Shown here: positions 25,002 to 38,740 of the stretch, piece by piece
Layout: every line of letters begins with the position of its first letter
Numbering within the stretch: position 1 is the first letter of the stretch
NCBI GenBank assembly: GCA_003971905.1
Contig: RSEE01000007.1
Coordinates: 434,001-498,000 of the forward strand
Length of the DNA: 64,000 bases
Direction of reading: 5' to 3'
Origin: Moniliella sp. 'wahieum'
Lineage: Eukaryota
The notes under the pieces: generated by a model
Databases searched by the model: none
Told to the model about the DNA's origin: nothing
What the model saw: the letters and a program-made list of their open reading frames with translations, nothing else
Made by a program: the position numbers and the translations under genes

Positions 25002-27152
25002 GCAACCCTTTCTGACGTGGGAGTCCCCCGATGGGGAATGCCTTCCATTGGAGTGACAGGGACGGCGAGGGAGGGTGTCATACGGTTCTGGACACTCTAA
25101 GCGTTGCGTGCTTTGACGCGACCTTGACCCCCGCCCCTTCCCCCCACACACATTCAAAATGCCTAACGATGAGATGGCGATCTCGTTGATGAACCTTGGA
25201 CCTTTTTTCTGGGCGTGTTTTGCCTGTACTATCTGCCTCTCAAATAAGACTTCAATGCTACATTCCTCGATTTTATTGTGTTCTACATATGGCTGAAGGA
25301 GAATGGCGGGTGTGATTTTGAGGAGAGGCTATGAGAAGGGCAGGGCCCTTTTGTAGGCGTGTGTACGTAGAGAGGAGTAGAGGAAACGCCCCAGGCGAAT
25401 AAAAGAAAATCATGCATCACCGGTCACCGGTCACCCAGCATCACCTATCATACACAGGATATGGCATGGTGGCACCGCAGAGGGTGCCGTAGGCGAGCAG
25501 TCGCTCCAGCCTCGTGCAGTGGAGAAGAGGCGTGGAGACAGGGTGAAGCTTGAAGGCCGCTGAGATCTGGGATGGGATCAGACGTGCCAACGATCTGGTT
25601 CTATTGTAGCATCCCTTTAAGAAGAACGCCAAGCCTAGGCGGCCTCTCGGGCCTCAGTACCGCAGTGCTCTCGGGGGAATGAGCTCGTTCTGAACTGAAC
25701 CAGACAGAGTACCAACCGATGGTGGAACGTTGAACGCAACACTATTGGGAAAATGGATCCGACGGGCACTTTTCGTAATCGATAATCGATCGATAATCGA
25801 TAACACGTGTCTCGGGGTGGCTCTCAACCTCCGGACCGAGAGGCTGTGGAGGGAAACGCTGAGGAGAGAGGCTTTCGCCGCCCGAAACAGCATGGCCGCA
25901 GGAGTGGGGAGACAGGTGGCACGTACCCCTCAGCCACACACCCTACGTCACGCTGATCGATAGGCAGGGGAAACGCAGCACGGTGACCTCACTTTTATAC
26001 CGTGTAATCCCGCCCTATCGAAGACTATCCCCCACCATCGCACCGTGTCTTCTTTTTTCTGTTCTGACGCATGATGACCACGCGTGACGAGCTTCCGCCG
26101 GTGCATAGTGTGCATATGTGTGGTGCGGCGTGCGCGTTGGGTGGGCCTTGGGTAACTGAGTGGCACGTAGAAAGCTCAGGCTGAGCGCATAGCCATTCGA
26201 TGACCCATTTATCTCCATGTCCAGCTTCCAGGACCTCGTCCAGGCACCGTCGACCGGAGACCCTGCCCCAGGTACCTCGTCCAGACGCAGGCACCGGCCC
26301 CAGCACTCTGCCAGTGTGGGTGGTGTGTGGCGCCCAACATGTGTGCGCTTGGCAGAAGAACTCAGAGGCTCAGCAAGGCGCTCAGCCTGAGCGCTCAACG
26401 CTCCTGAATTGCCTTCCTGCTCGGGTCGCTCTCCAGGTTTCAGGCACTCCAGCCTCCGTTGGGACCTCGGGGCCCACGCGTCTCACCAGTATCATGCTGC
26501 TTCTCGACGCTCGCAGGTCTCTGATCGACAAGATGCATGTGCATAGGCATGAGGTCATGCCTGTGAGTGCCTGAGACTGATGATCGATGACTGATGCAAA
26601 AGACAACGTGAGACTAATAAGATCCAAGTCCCTATATTCTCCCAAGGGCACTTACTAGCTACCGCAGAAGACTGCACTTTTGTGCCCGCTTTTGTTTTTG
26701 CGGCTCATTACATGGATGTGGTATAACTTACAGTATCTTCGGCCGTTGTGCGCACATGTGTATCCGATCACAAAACAATACGTCAATCATTTTAACCATT
26801 CATCTCAGCCGCAACGAGCAGCAAGCCCCTCTCCCCGTCCAAGTCCGACACTCATGCATCTTCTGCCTCTCCGGAAACCACACCACAGACACCACAGATG
26901 CCCCGCGAAGGAAACGGTGCCCAGGTACCTCGCTTAACGAACAGCCAGGTCATGTCGTCGATCTTTCCCTATCCTTCCAAGCAAATTTCTACACAGGTGG
27001 GGCAGCTCTATGGTAATCTCTCCCTCTCCTTATTGATTCAAAAAGGTATATATATAGCCTCCCCCTCTGTGGCTTTAACCTTTTTGATCCCCTCTTTTAT
27101 CGCCTGCGCCGCATATCACTCAAGGCCCGCGCAGTACAGTACGCGGCCTGGG

Positions 27153-27909
27153 ATGACCCCACCCCCTTTCCCTCCCCCCACTACTATCCCTTCGTCTTCC
27201 ACCAACACCACACTGGAATGGGACGTGCCTCTCCTCAATTCTACCCACCCCTCACCCTCTTGCCCCATCTTCCCCCCAACAGATGGCTTCAACCCCCCGA
27301 TTGCCACCCCCCTATTCCCACCCTATACATCCCCGCAGTCTTACCACCCTCGCTCTCGACCTCCTTGCCTGCCCCAAGTCCACTCACTGATCTCTTTTCT
27401 GGCAAGTACGATGGTCCGTCCCCCATTACACCCAGTGTGCTCGGCACCGTCGGCAGCAGCACTCGCCTTCCCAGCAGTTACCCCACTAGGCGTCACACAA
27501 GCTATCCTACTGCCAACTATCCCATCACCAGTCCAGCTCATTCCACCAGTTACCCCACTATTAGCCATCACCTCGCCAGCCCGTACACCCTAGGTGCACT
27601 CAGAGAGAGTGAAACCACCTTGTCACCCCACCGAGAGTGTACGTGTTTACCTTTCCTACCCTCTTGGTCTACGTTTGGGCCCTGTCCTCATCACCTAATA
27701 TGGGTCTGCAGTGGGACCAGTCGGAAAATCAAGGAACGGCGATGCTTCCCCCTAGGTTGGCCGCCCATGCCGCATCCGGCGACCCTCTGGCATTCCCCGT
27801 TCCTACCGCTGTGGTTGCCACACCCGTTGTCACTGCTGTTGCTACCCCTTCTTCCCGTCTTGCCCGTATGAGCCAAGACCGTGGCCGCCCGCCCGAAGGC
27901 GGAGTGTGA
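27153..27909 (+). CDS. Possible Pro/Ser/Tyr-rich hypothetical protein (fragmented)
   Basis: TATATATA at ~27047 followed by ATG and overlapping low-complexity ORFs; no recognisable domain. Confidence 0.25.
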
Positions 27910-28433
27910 TCCCTCAACATGCTGATCCGGATTTTGTCCTTTCTGTGTCGCAACCTTTTTCATACACCCACCTCCCATCTATCTCTTTACCTACTCCTCC
28001 ATCTGCCTTATTCCCCCTTTGCTACCACCCCTTCGTGCGTGCCAACATAATGTCTCTTTTTCGATCCCTCTTTTGCGTCTCTTTTGCATTTTTGCTTATT
28101 CTTCTTTGTCCCTGTCCTCTGTCTCTCTCAGCCTCCATCGGACACCTCTACACATCCTCTGCACATGCTTTGTTTTCTGTTGCTCTCCTGGCTCCAGCTT
28201 GCGCTCCCTCTTCTTTTTCTTTATCACCTCGGACCTTCTTCTTTCGCCCTTTCTCTGCCCGCGTTGACTGTGCTACCTACTCCCTATCCAACACCCCAGT
28301 TCTACCGTGTGTCCATCTGCAACTGAAGCATCCCAACTGTATAGTAGAACAAAAAAAAACGGAAAGAAGACAACAGGTATAGAAGAGGAGCGGGAACGGG
28401 GGGGCTATCAGCGGGAAACCGATCCTTCACGTG

Positions 28434-30063
28434 TCAGGTAGGAGCTAAGACGGGGGCAGAGAACTGGGGCAGAGGAGGATGTGTGGGCGAGTCAGTGAGC
28501 ATGACCTTGCTCGGGGCACCCATCAGCACCCACGGCGCGGCTGACTCCTGCGGTGGTGGGCGATCCGATGGGGGGACGACCCGAAACGTGCTCCTTGGTG
28601 GCCGCGGTGGGATGTCAAAGTCCGAAGGGTCCTCCTGGTTCCGCAAACTCGAACGGGGCAGACTGAGATGGGGGCAGCTGGACTGGGAAACCAGGTTTGC
28701 GCATACCGTCGTCATGTCCCTTCACGTGGCGGTTGAGCGTGGTGCGACGGGTAAACGTTTTACCACAACCAGGCATGGCGCAGGCGTATGGCCGGTTGCC
28801 CGAATGAGTGCGTCGGTGGCGAGCGAGCGAGGAGGAGTCGGAAAAGCTCTTGGTGCAGCCGACAAACTCACAGTTGAGAGGCCGCTCGCCCGTGTGTACG
28901 CGCCCATGAACGGTGAGTGCGCTACGTTGGATAAAACTTTTGGTGCACCCAGGGAACGTGCATTGGAACGGCCGTTCGTTCGTGTGGATGCGCCAGTGCC
29001 TCTGTAAGTCCGATCGGCGCGAAAATGGTTTGCCGCATTCGCCGCATACATGGCCTCCCTGCACCTCGGGGCCGCCACTCACACTGACTTGGCACTGGAT
29101 TTCCCCTCGCGAGTGCGTGATGGAATGGGTTCGCAGATCATGCTGCGATCCAAACATTTTGTCGCACACATTGCACATAAGCGGTTTGGAGAAACCTTGC
29201 GGCGCATCTCCCCATCGGAAGTTCACCCCCCTCGATGGACGAGACGGGCGAAGCAGGTTCAGTAGGGGTTGGGAGGGTGGCATGTAACGTAGTTGAACTG
29301 GTGGAAGGGGCAGGGGGGATGGGGTGGAACCGGTTCCGTATTGGTGCACCCACGGAGGGCCTGGGGTTCACGGGTGTTGGGGCTACAGTCGAAAGGGAAC
29401 TGGTTATCCGTTTGGAACGCCGGGGGAGTGAGCCAGCAACTCTTCTGCCGTGTCCTCCATACCCACCTCGTTTCCGGCTTCCACTTCATCCTCGAACTCA
29501 TTTTCCCCACCCATCTCCACCTCTTCCAAGTAATCTCCTTTGGACGTTCCAGCCTCAGAATCGAGCGAGTTTGGTCCAATGGAGCGGGCAGAAGTACTGG
29601 CCTCCTGAACGAAAAGGGGTGCATTCACCCGTTCTGGATAGGCGAGGGCTCGCGCTGGAGGTTTTGGAAAAACGCGTTCGGTAACTACCGGAGGGGTACG
29701 GGGAATCACGGATACCGCAGTCGGGGAGGCAGAGGCGGAGGTAGAGGCGGTTCGACCTGATCCCCGCCATCCAGGGAGCATACCCGGCGCTTCGCCAATT
29801 GGCCGTCTTCGGCGCGAGGGGAGTGGGCGCCCGGCAGCGAGCGATGGGGCGGCGAGACCACCGGTGGAGCGAAAATGGCGGTTAGCTGCTGTGTCAGAAG
29901 CCACCGAGGGCCTGCGTTGGTAGATGTGGCGGGGGGACATGGCGCGCAGGGCGGTGAAGGGCGCCGCGTGCGTACTGGCGGCATGGGCAAGGATAGCAAG
30001 CTTGGGCGAGTCGAGTAGGCGAGGGTGGGGGCGGCAGAGGCCTCCGTGTGCAGCGTCGGCCAT
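28434..30063 (-). CDS. Multi-finger (5x) C2H2 zinc-finger transcription factor (frameshifted)
   Basis: ORF 28615..29349 contains CNVCDKMFGSQHDLRTHSITH, CGECGKPFSRRSDLQRHWRIHTNERPF, CTFPGCTKSFIQRSALTVHGRVHTGERP, CEFVGCTKSFSDSSSLARHRRTH and CAMPGCGKTFTRRTTLNRH. Confidence 0.88.
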
Positions 30064-31072
30064 GCTGGGAAGAGGGTGGCGGAGGCAGAGGAGATGTGGT
30101 TGCTGTCGACCACGCCACGCGGTAGTAGGCCTAAAGTATCCCCCTCCCGCGCCGACAATGCTATAGCTGGTTCTGTATAGTACGTTGAACATATATACCT
30201 GCCACGCGTGTAGTCGTACACTGCCCCCCTGCTGCATGGTCGTTTTCGATTTTTTTAAGTAGGCGCACAAATTTTTGCTTTTTGGGTGTCCCGTGCGCAC
30301 CCGTGTGGGGCCGTGCGCTGCATTTACACTTGCGCCCTGCCACCCGCGGGCTCGCCACATGCCACATGTCACGGAATCACATATCACAATAACATGTCAC
30401 ACGCTTCACCACCTTCACCTTCTGCACTCGCCCATCCCGCGTTGTTTCGCCGCTGGCGCTACCTGGTCCATATTTTGCATTGAACATCTCTACGGTGCGG
30501 TCCATCATCAGATCTGCGTGCCTATTGCATACTACAGCGCACATCCATTCATGTTGCTCCCTTCTAGCTGCTGCACTCACGCGGAGCACAATGAGAACCC
30601 CCACATGAAGACAGCGTATGGTGGGCACTCTGGTTGCACGAGTCATCGGGTCCGGGCGCCTATAAACACTTTTACTGGCTATGGCCATGGCAGCCTTGGA
30701 TGGTTGAATGGCATGGCTGTACTCAAGCTCTATATATACACTTCTTAGTCTTGGTACCAGCCATATCCTTACCCTTGTTCAGCGTATCTGCCATAGCTCT
30801 TGCCATAATGGCGGGCCTGCTGGCCATCGCCGGGGTGACGGTAAGCTTGCTGGCCGGGGCCTTTATCCCCTTGGCTTTGGCTGGCCGGTACATACGCTTT
30901 CCCGCAGCCGGGGGAGCCGTGCTGCTACCCACCCTGTGGCCGGAGTCACCAGCAGCCCCATGCCCATCTTGCCCATAGGCATCAACCGGCAGCTGATTGT
31001 GCCCGTGGCACGAATATTGAAAAACGGTGGGGTGGTATACGATCCAGTTCTGCCTCTGATTCCACTTTGGTC

Positions 31073-33734
31073 TTAGGGGGCATACCGGCGTGACCCTCTC
31101 CAGGTGCCCTGCGAACTTCCTTTGCCCATGTCAAAAGCCGGGGGGCAGCGTTGCCGGGCAGCAGAGCCAGTGTTGATTGCGCGCCACTTCATGTTGGAGG
31201 GATCTCCAATCCCTCTCAGCTTCGATCGAGGCAGCTCTACCCCTGGAAGGAGGGCGGCACGGTGGACAAATTGGGCTGTAGGTAGCGTATACCGCCCGGA
31301 AATCGACTGATCTTTCGCCACGTCCGGAAGAGCGGGGTAGTCGGTGAAGGGGCTAGAAATGTTGCTGCTCGGACTGCAAGTTGGGTCGGCCTCGACATGC
31401 CCATGGATGAAGGGAAGTTTGTGCGTGTTAATTTCCACACCAGTGGTTGTAGCCTTGCTTGCATAAAGAGCGGCAAGGTCGGCGTACACTGTGCATGACG
31501 GGCCAACGAAAAGGTAGTCATGGCCGAATTCATTCCGTCTTTTTTCATCAGGAGTAAGGAGCGGGGTACGCGCCTCCATAGCCTTGAGTAACCGGGTCTG
31601 GTCGATGAACGGGAGAAGCGCAACACCCTGCCAAGCATGCCTCTTACCATGCATGTCAACCTGGAAATCGACAGGATAAAAGTCATATATCTCGCTCCTT
31701 GGTTCCGTCATCAGCGTGTGGTAGACTTTTGGGATGATCGCGCGGGACGCAGCGGGGAGGACGCCCATTAACTGCTCGTATGGATGGAACGGCTGGTCCT
31801 TCTCAAAGATCCCATTCACCGCCTTCATATCAAGTGTTGCCATATCTTTCGCGTATGGAGCAAAGTGATAAGGATAGTACCAACGCCACGAGGGACACCC
31901 CTGGTAGTAGTACTTTAACACCCAGCACAGACCCTCAACGTAGTGTCGTCCCACTTCCAGCTTGGAGTTTTGGTCATCAAATGCAATCCCAAATTTGTCC
32001 TTGAAGTACTGCTCACGCGCGGTGCCGACACGCGTCTCGATAGACGTGTTGGAAACACGGTAGTTCTCCAGCAGAACTTCCTTGATGTCTTCTTCCTTAT
32101 CAGAGCACGAACACAATGTATCCTTTTCATCCACATCAGTATCATTGGTCTCGTCGGTGTGATGAACACCCTTCTGCCTCGCCGACCATGAGGGTGAGCT
32201 GTGCTTGGAATCGGAATAGGAAACTTTCCCTTTCGTCTCCATCTGCAAATCACCGTGAAGCTCCGATTCCTTTTGAATCATAGATTGGTTAGACTCCCTT
32301 TTGACTTTGGGCTCCTCAGTAATATAGCATGGTTGCGTTTGACGGATGGATTTGGGAGCATCCTTGAGAGACTTTATCGGGTCCATATCCCACTGCTTAT
32401 GTCCGCGTGCTGTGTTTTTTTTGCGCTCAATCAGCTCACCCTCCTCGGAGGCGATTCCGCAGAGAATCTGATGTACAGCTTCGAGGTTAACTTCGCCCCC
32501 ATCCGTCAAATAATCCGTCATGTGCGGCAGCTCTTGCCGCCAAATCCGCATTAGAAGATCGATGGCGCCCTCACGGATGTCCAAGGCAGGCACATGAGGG
32601 AGGAAATCGTTTCCGACTAGGAACAGGAGAAAGACCCAGTCATCAATTGCGCGCTCGGGGTTGTAGTCGAACTTAAACTCGGGTACATGGAGTTCGACAA
32701 TCAAGTATTCCCGCAGCACTGCTACATCAAGGAACACAAATGGTTTCTTTCCAGATTCAGCAAGGAGTTCCTCTGGTGGGTCAGGAAGATCAGGGCGAGT
32801 GCGACAAGCGCGAGCTAGATTCCCTTTTTTGCCGCACTTGGCGCAGCCGCGGCTGCGCCTGACTTGATCAAACACGTCCTCACGCAACACCTTGAAGTGC
32901 GGCTCGTGGGTCGCAAGGGAGAGGATGATCAAATCTGCATCCATACCGTAAATGACGTGGCGGGTGTTGGGGTCGTAGTCAGGGAAGGTGCGTTGTCGTC
33001 GGACAAAGTCCATGATCTTGTGCTCTCCTTCTCCTGGGACAGAAGCGTCAGAAAGGATGACAGTAAGATATTTCCACCCCGGGTCCTCATTGATCTTCTT
33101 GGCCACCCAGTAGCGGAGAGACTGAGTAAGCAGATCCATAAACGGCGTACCGGGGGTAATTGAGTTCGAGTCCCAGGACGTCTTGGTAAGCTTGGCCAGT
33201 TCCTCGTCAGGGATGGGCACCCCTGTGGCCCGGAGGTTGGCCACCTTGGCAGCGTTCTCCACCCGGGTTTTCCCTGCCTCTGACGCGGCCCGGAAACGAC
33301 GCGCGCGCTGTTGGTTCATTTTGGCGCGAGGTGCAACACCGTCAATCGCCATCAACAGCAGACGGCGCGGGTGGATCATGTTGACAACCCGCTCCGTGTA
33401 AAGCAGCACCTCCGCCAGCATGTCCTCTTCCGTCGCGGGGACAGGACGGCCTTCAGGAGGATGGGCACAAGGATGCACAATGCCATTCATGTCAAGGTAC
33501 AGACAATCAAATTCCTCTCCGTTTGGGTTGGATCCGCTCATGTCAACCCCCAGCCGCGCGTTACGTCGGCCCTCCTCCCCGGCGCCGATTACGAATGGAT
33601 CCTCCTCTTCCTCGACGACTTGTTGGACGATGTTGGGATACCGCCGTGTCAGCCAGTGAAAAAGAGCAGGAACACCCTTTTACAGAGACAGTTAGCATAG
33701 TCCGGGTGCCCAGCAGCGGGTAGCCACGCACCAT
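31073..33734 (-). CDS. RAT1: 5'-3' exoribonuclease 2 (Rat1/Xrn2/Dhp1); ATG followed immediately by intron 33677-33731
   Basis: M|GVPALFHWLTRRYP; LYLDMNGIVHPC; AIDGVAPRAKMNQQRARRF; WDSNSITPGT; GEGEHKI; DADLI; GNDFLPH; YYQGCPSWRWYYPYHFAP; WQGVALLPFID. Confidence 0.95.
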
Positions 33735-34196
33735 TTTGTGGCGTGTTGGTGGTGGTGGGGGCAATGCTCGATGCTGGCCCGGATCCATTCCTGTCTGTAA
33801 GGAGCTGTGGCGGTGTTGGGGTGTTGGGCCTACTTTAGACTTCTCACGCGTTTCATGTGATGCATTGCTACCAGAGTGGCCTCTGGGGCTGAAATATTGA
33901 ATGTGGATGATGCATGACGCGTGACGCGTGACGTGCTGCTGGTTGCCTCCTCGATCGGCTGTGGGTCGGCCAGCAGGGCAGGAACTGAGTGTCGAGGATT
34001 CATATTCATCGATCATTGATCGATGATCAATCCATCGACCCTCCTGCGGGCGATTGTATTTTCCAGGGGCCAGCGCGATCAACGTAACGTCACACCAGCC
34101 TCATCAACTACCCTCGAGCCCCGCCCGTTTTCCCACCCACATTCGTCTCCTCGTCCACCTCCTCGCCTCTGCCGGCCAGCCCGACCCAAGCCAGCC

Positions 34197-36976
34197 ATGT
34201 CCGATGGCCGCCTCCCTCCCGGAAGCGACCCGCGGCATCCGATGCCTGCGCATTGGCTGTCGACCCAGATGACTACGTCAGGGCGCTGGGCCTGGCCGCC
34301 TTGCTGGCCTTTGTCCTGGTGCGCCCCCGCTTGCCTTCCTTCTACACCCCGGCGCCTGCCGTGCCTTCCTCTTGGCTCGGCAGCAGTGTGCTATTTGGCT
34401 GGGCCCGCCCGCTGTACGCTATCGACGAGCGCAAGCACGCGGCTGCCGTCGGCATCGATGGCCTCGTCCTCCTTGACTTTATCCGCACGGCTGCCTACAT
34501 CTTCCTCGGACTCAGTCTCTGGTCCGTGGCCGTGACGATGCCAACCAACTGGCTCAAGTTTGGCACCATTGACGGCGTACCACCAGAGCAGGATACGAAT
34601 GGAACCTTTGTTCCCCCCGTGCTCCGGTATGATGGCCCTCTTCCCATCAAGCCGCAGCCGGACATGCCTGCCCCGCAACGATTCACTATTATTCATGTCG
34701 TGACCGAGGTTGTCTTCACCGTGTTTGTGCTGGCCTTTCTTTTTCGCGCCAGCCGGAGGTGAGTCGCACACAACAGATCTACAATGTGCGCATAGCTACT
34801 AAGGGAGCTAGAATCGCCACCCTGCCCGGCCGCACGGTCGAAATTCGACAAATCCCTCGGGCATCATATAATGCCATTGCTCTCCGCAGCACTCTGTCCC
34901 AAATGGGGTTCCATTTGGACCACCTTTCCTTCGTTCGTGACCCCACTCATCTCCAAATTGCCCTCGCTCAGCGAGCTCTTGCCAAAATTCTGCTGGAGTC
35001 GGCGTGGAAAGGATTTTTGCTTGACCGGTATGCGGCGGATTCACTTGGGCCCCATCCCGGTCCCGCGGTGAGGGACCGCAGCTACAACCCTGACTCCATC
35101 CTCCAAGCCATTCAGCGGGATTGGGACAACTATATAATGGAGTACAGGGACGTTGAATCGGCCCCTCGATCGATCGCAGAAGAGGCGGAGCCGCTACTGA
35201 CAGGAGATGCCAGCCCGAACGAGCCCGAGGCTCAAGCTGACTCGGGAGCGGCTTCACCTAGCCCTGGCTCTAGCCTCGGCAACACACCGGGGACTGACGC
35301 ATTGCTTCATCTCCTTTCAGAACCGCTGTATGTATCGCGCCGCCGGCCATGGGGGAGGGCGGTGTGGTGGAACATCATGTCGCCATCGGTCGACGAGCTT
35401 CCACATCTCCAACTTCTCTTCTTTCAGGCTCATCATAAGGTTTTGAGGGAAAGGCTGAGGATGCAAGATCCGGTTCCCGTTTTGTCACCTACGACACGGG
35501 AGAAGCGCAAGGCCGGTACAGGTGTTGCGTTCGTTACGCTCGCGTCTGCGTCCGAAGCCCAAATCCTGGCACAAACCCTCTATGCGGAGGAACCTGGAAC
35601 CTTTCTTACTCGTCTTGCCTCTGGTCCGGGGGAAGTGGTGTGGCCCAACGCGAATATGGGCCTCATCTCAGAACAATTGCGAAGCCATTTTGTCTCGTTC
35701 CTCGTCTTTCTCATTTTGGTCTTCTACATCCCCCCGTTGTTCGCCCTGCTCTCGCTTGTGTCGGACGTACCCCTAGATAAGTACATCCCGGGTCTGTCAG
35801 AGTTCCTGAAACAGCATCCTCAGCTGCAGGCACTGTTCCAAAACGCATTGCCCTCACTTGTTCTTGTCTCATGGAACGCCATGCTTCCCACCCTCTTCGA
35901 GAGCTTGGCCTACATTCAAGGCGCACGGGACAGTGCCCAAGTCCAACTCACGATCCTCCACCGCTATTATAACTACCTGCTTGTTTCGGTCGTTTTTATT
36001 GCTCTGATTACTGTATCAATGTGGGCGCTGGTCCAAGAGGTGGCAGAGAATCCAGCGGGCTTCCTGTCCCACCTCGGCGCGGTCCTGCCCATTGCACGCA
36101 ACTTTTCCACATCGTATGTGATCTTGCAAGCGTTTGGATTGGTACCGCTGCAACTACTTTGTCTGCCCACTGCCTTTCGCGCGCTCTGGACCAAGCTTAC
36201 TTCGGGTGATGCGGGTCGTACAAGGGAGCCATTGCTCCCTGGGACGATTTATCCGCAGATCTTAATCGTGTTTACGCTGGCGCTCTTGTACGCGAATGTG
36301 GCGCCGCGGATTACCGTTTTTGCCTTGGTATACTTTACACTGCTCTATGCAGTGGTAAAATACAAGTTGCTCTTTATGCATGCCTCGGCAGCCTCCAATA
36401 CTGCCCTTGGCCCCACCCCCGCTGCGCGCGGCCATGGACGAAGACAATGCGGCCGCTCTCCTTGAGGAGAACGATGACGTCGGGGAGCTTGATCTGTTGG
36501 CGGAGGCTCGGGCATGGTCCACGGGTGCCGGACAGGTGCACGTGATGGCGGTGGGACGGTGTGTAGGGGCGCTACTGCTGTACCAAGTGTTTCAACTGTC
36601 GCAGGTGGTGGTACGGAAGCAAACGCTTTTGGCGCTGCTGCATATCCCCCTCCTCGTGGGCACGGCATTGGCATGGAACTATCTCTCCCAGCTTGTTTCG
36701 CCTTCGGAACGGTTCACCAACATTGCGTCTCTCCGGCAAGCGGAGGCCGAGCAACTGGGTAGCACTCCGCCTCGCGTGGGGAAGAGACGCCAGCAGAAGC
36801 CCGTGAGAACTATACCTTCCGCCTCTACCGCCATCCAGCGCTTGAGGAGTCTCCCGCACTTCCACCCATTTGGCTGCCCAAGCCCAAGAACGCTTAAGTA
36901 CATCCTTGGATTCCTGACTGTTGGTGTGCTGCTAAATATCGGCAGGTGGATAGGAAATAGACTGCCCTCGACCTGA
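34197..36976 (+). CDS. CSC1/OSCA/TMEM63 (RSN1/DUF221) calcium-permeable stress-gated channel (frameshifted)
   Basis: GIDGLVLLDFIR...AVTMPTN, RTVEIRQIP, GVAFVTL, PGEVVWPN and GTIYPQILIVFTLALLYANVAP...YAVVKYKLLF, with many TM helices. Confidence 0.85.
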
Positions 36977-37217
36977 GCTAGTAAACAAGAGAACCTATCT
37001 CCGTTCCCACTGGGCCTAAAAGGGTGTGTGGACACCCACCGGGTACAGATTATTCCTCCCGGATCCCGTTCCCGGTCCGACGAGTTCCACCCTTTCTTTT
37101 CTTCCGTTTGTTTTCACCTTCTGTCTGCATCTGCATCCATACAAAAAGTAGTCGGTCGTTGTTGGCTTTGGCGTTGCTTGACATAGCAGGGACTACCAAG
37201 GTACGAATACAAAAAAG

Positions 37218-37315
37218 CGTTCCATGTTGGGCTCGAACCAACGACCTCCCGATGTCCGAAGACATAGGCCGTCTCTTTAACAGTCGGACGCTCTAGCCAA
37301 CTGAGCTAATGGAAC
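37218..37315 (-). tRNA. tRNA-Asn: tRNA-Asn(GUU) with a 24-nt intron (37254-37277)
   Basis: Reverse complement folds as GTTCCAT acceptor, GCTC-AGTTGGCTA-GAGC D-arm, TCCGA-CTGTTA[intron]A-TCGGG anticodon arm, GTTGG-TTCGAGC-CCAAC T-arm and ATGGAAC-G. A T6 Pol III terminator lies at 37211-37216. Confidence 0.95.
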
Positions 37316-38740
37316 AAGTTACTTTCAAGAGTTCATCGGTGACATTCGCCTAGCCGGGCGGGAGAGTTCTGTTTGTAATGTGCCGCGGAACAGGGAACTC
37401 TCCGACCAGCGCCAGGCAATTTACAGGATAGCTAGCTGGCCAGTCGATCGGTCACAGAGAGCGGGAACGAGGTTACGAGTGAAGGGAAGAGCGGAGTGGG
37501 GGCGAAGAGACAGGACACCAACTGCAGAGAAGGACAGGAAAGGTGGGCGCGCGCGCAGCGCGAGCTATGGCATGAACTGTGGCCCTAGTGCCCCTGAGCC
37601 ATGACATGCCCTGCAGACATTGTTTGAAGACTTGTAGCTCACCATTCAAGTTTTGTCCGAAGGTGCTTTGCAGCTCATCTGAGCTCAGCCTGAGCGCTCA
37701 GCCTGAGCGCTCAGCAGATCGCACCCAAGTCGGAGACTCTATTATAGCCGCCTGATCCCGTGGGTTCTCTGTGTAAACAATGTTCCGAAGCCGAACTCGA
37801 GCACTCATGGAACGATGCCTCAAGCTGCGGCCCCACCCCATCCTGGTGCTTCGTAGGGCATCCTAGTAGGCTAATCGTGAGCGACAAACTATCTTCTCCT
37901 GAGGCCAAGCAAAATTATGCAAAAACGTTGGGGGATCTCTGACAGAATGCCCCCGCAATATATCCAACACCCACAGCCCTTTGGGGGTCTGCCCTGCTGG
38001 CCTCTGTGCCACGATGCATCACTGGCATGGCTAGTGACTCGGCGTAGTAAGTTTCGTAATGACTATAGCGAGGGAGGGCGGCGGATGGCAATGTGCACGA
38101 GAAAAGAGGAGCTTGGGCCACACTGTAGGTGCTGCCAACAGATTTGCCAGTTGGTGCTGGACATTGGTGCGGTCGTGTAGCAACCCCACCAACGAACCGC
38201 TGCTGGCTGACGGGTGTGTGACGGGTGGGCATGGCGCCAGTGGCGAGCGGCGGCGGGCAGCATCAGCCGAGTTGAACGTTCGTTGAACTCAGTCCAACGT
38301 TCAAGTTGAAGGCGGAGTCGGACTGCAATTTGAAACAAGCCCATCCACCGCCGCCGACGACAGGCGACGGCTGGCTGGCGTCCAGAAGCGGCGAGGCGGA
38401 TCGGATGCATGCATGATGCCTGGGGCTGATGCCTGATGCCTGATGCAATGCCTTGGGGTGCGTCACCGGTCACGCATCTGCCTGTGCGTACTGGTACTGA
38501 CGTACTGAGTACGCAACTGTCGAGTACTCGTACTGACACTGCTGACTGACGTACAGATGCACCAATGTCGTATGGGCCTGAGCCTGTCTGAGTTCCAGGC
38601 TTCCTCCGCCAACACAGAATCACACGCGCTCCGCCACATCCTTCTCCTCCGTCCCCACCGCCATCGGCTGCCATCCTCCCATCGCCCATCCCCATCTCCT
38701 CGGGCGCCCTCCCGCCCCCGCCCCCGCCCCGCCCACGACC

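Noticed and set aside
34759..34776. GTGAGT...ACAG as an 18-nt micro-intron in the CSC1 gene
   Set aside because: Its removal keeps the upstream frame, which then hits a stop. A missing G explains the frame change better.
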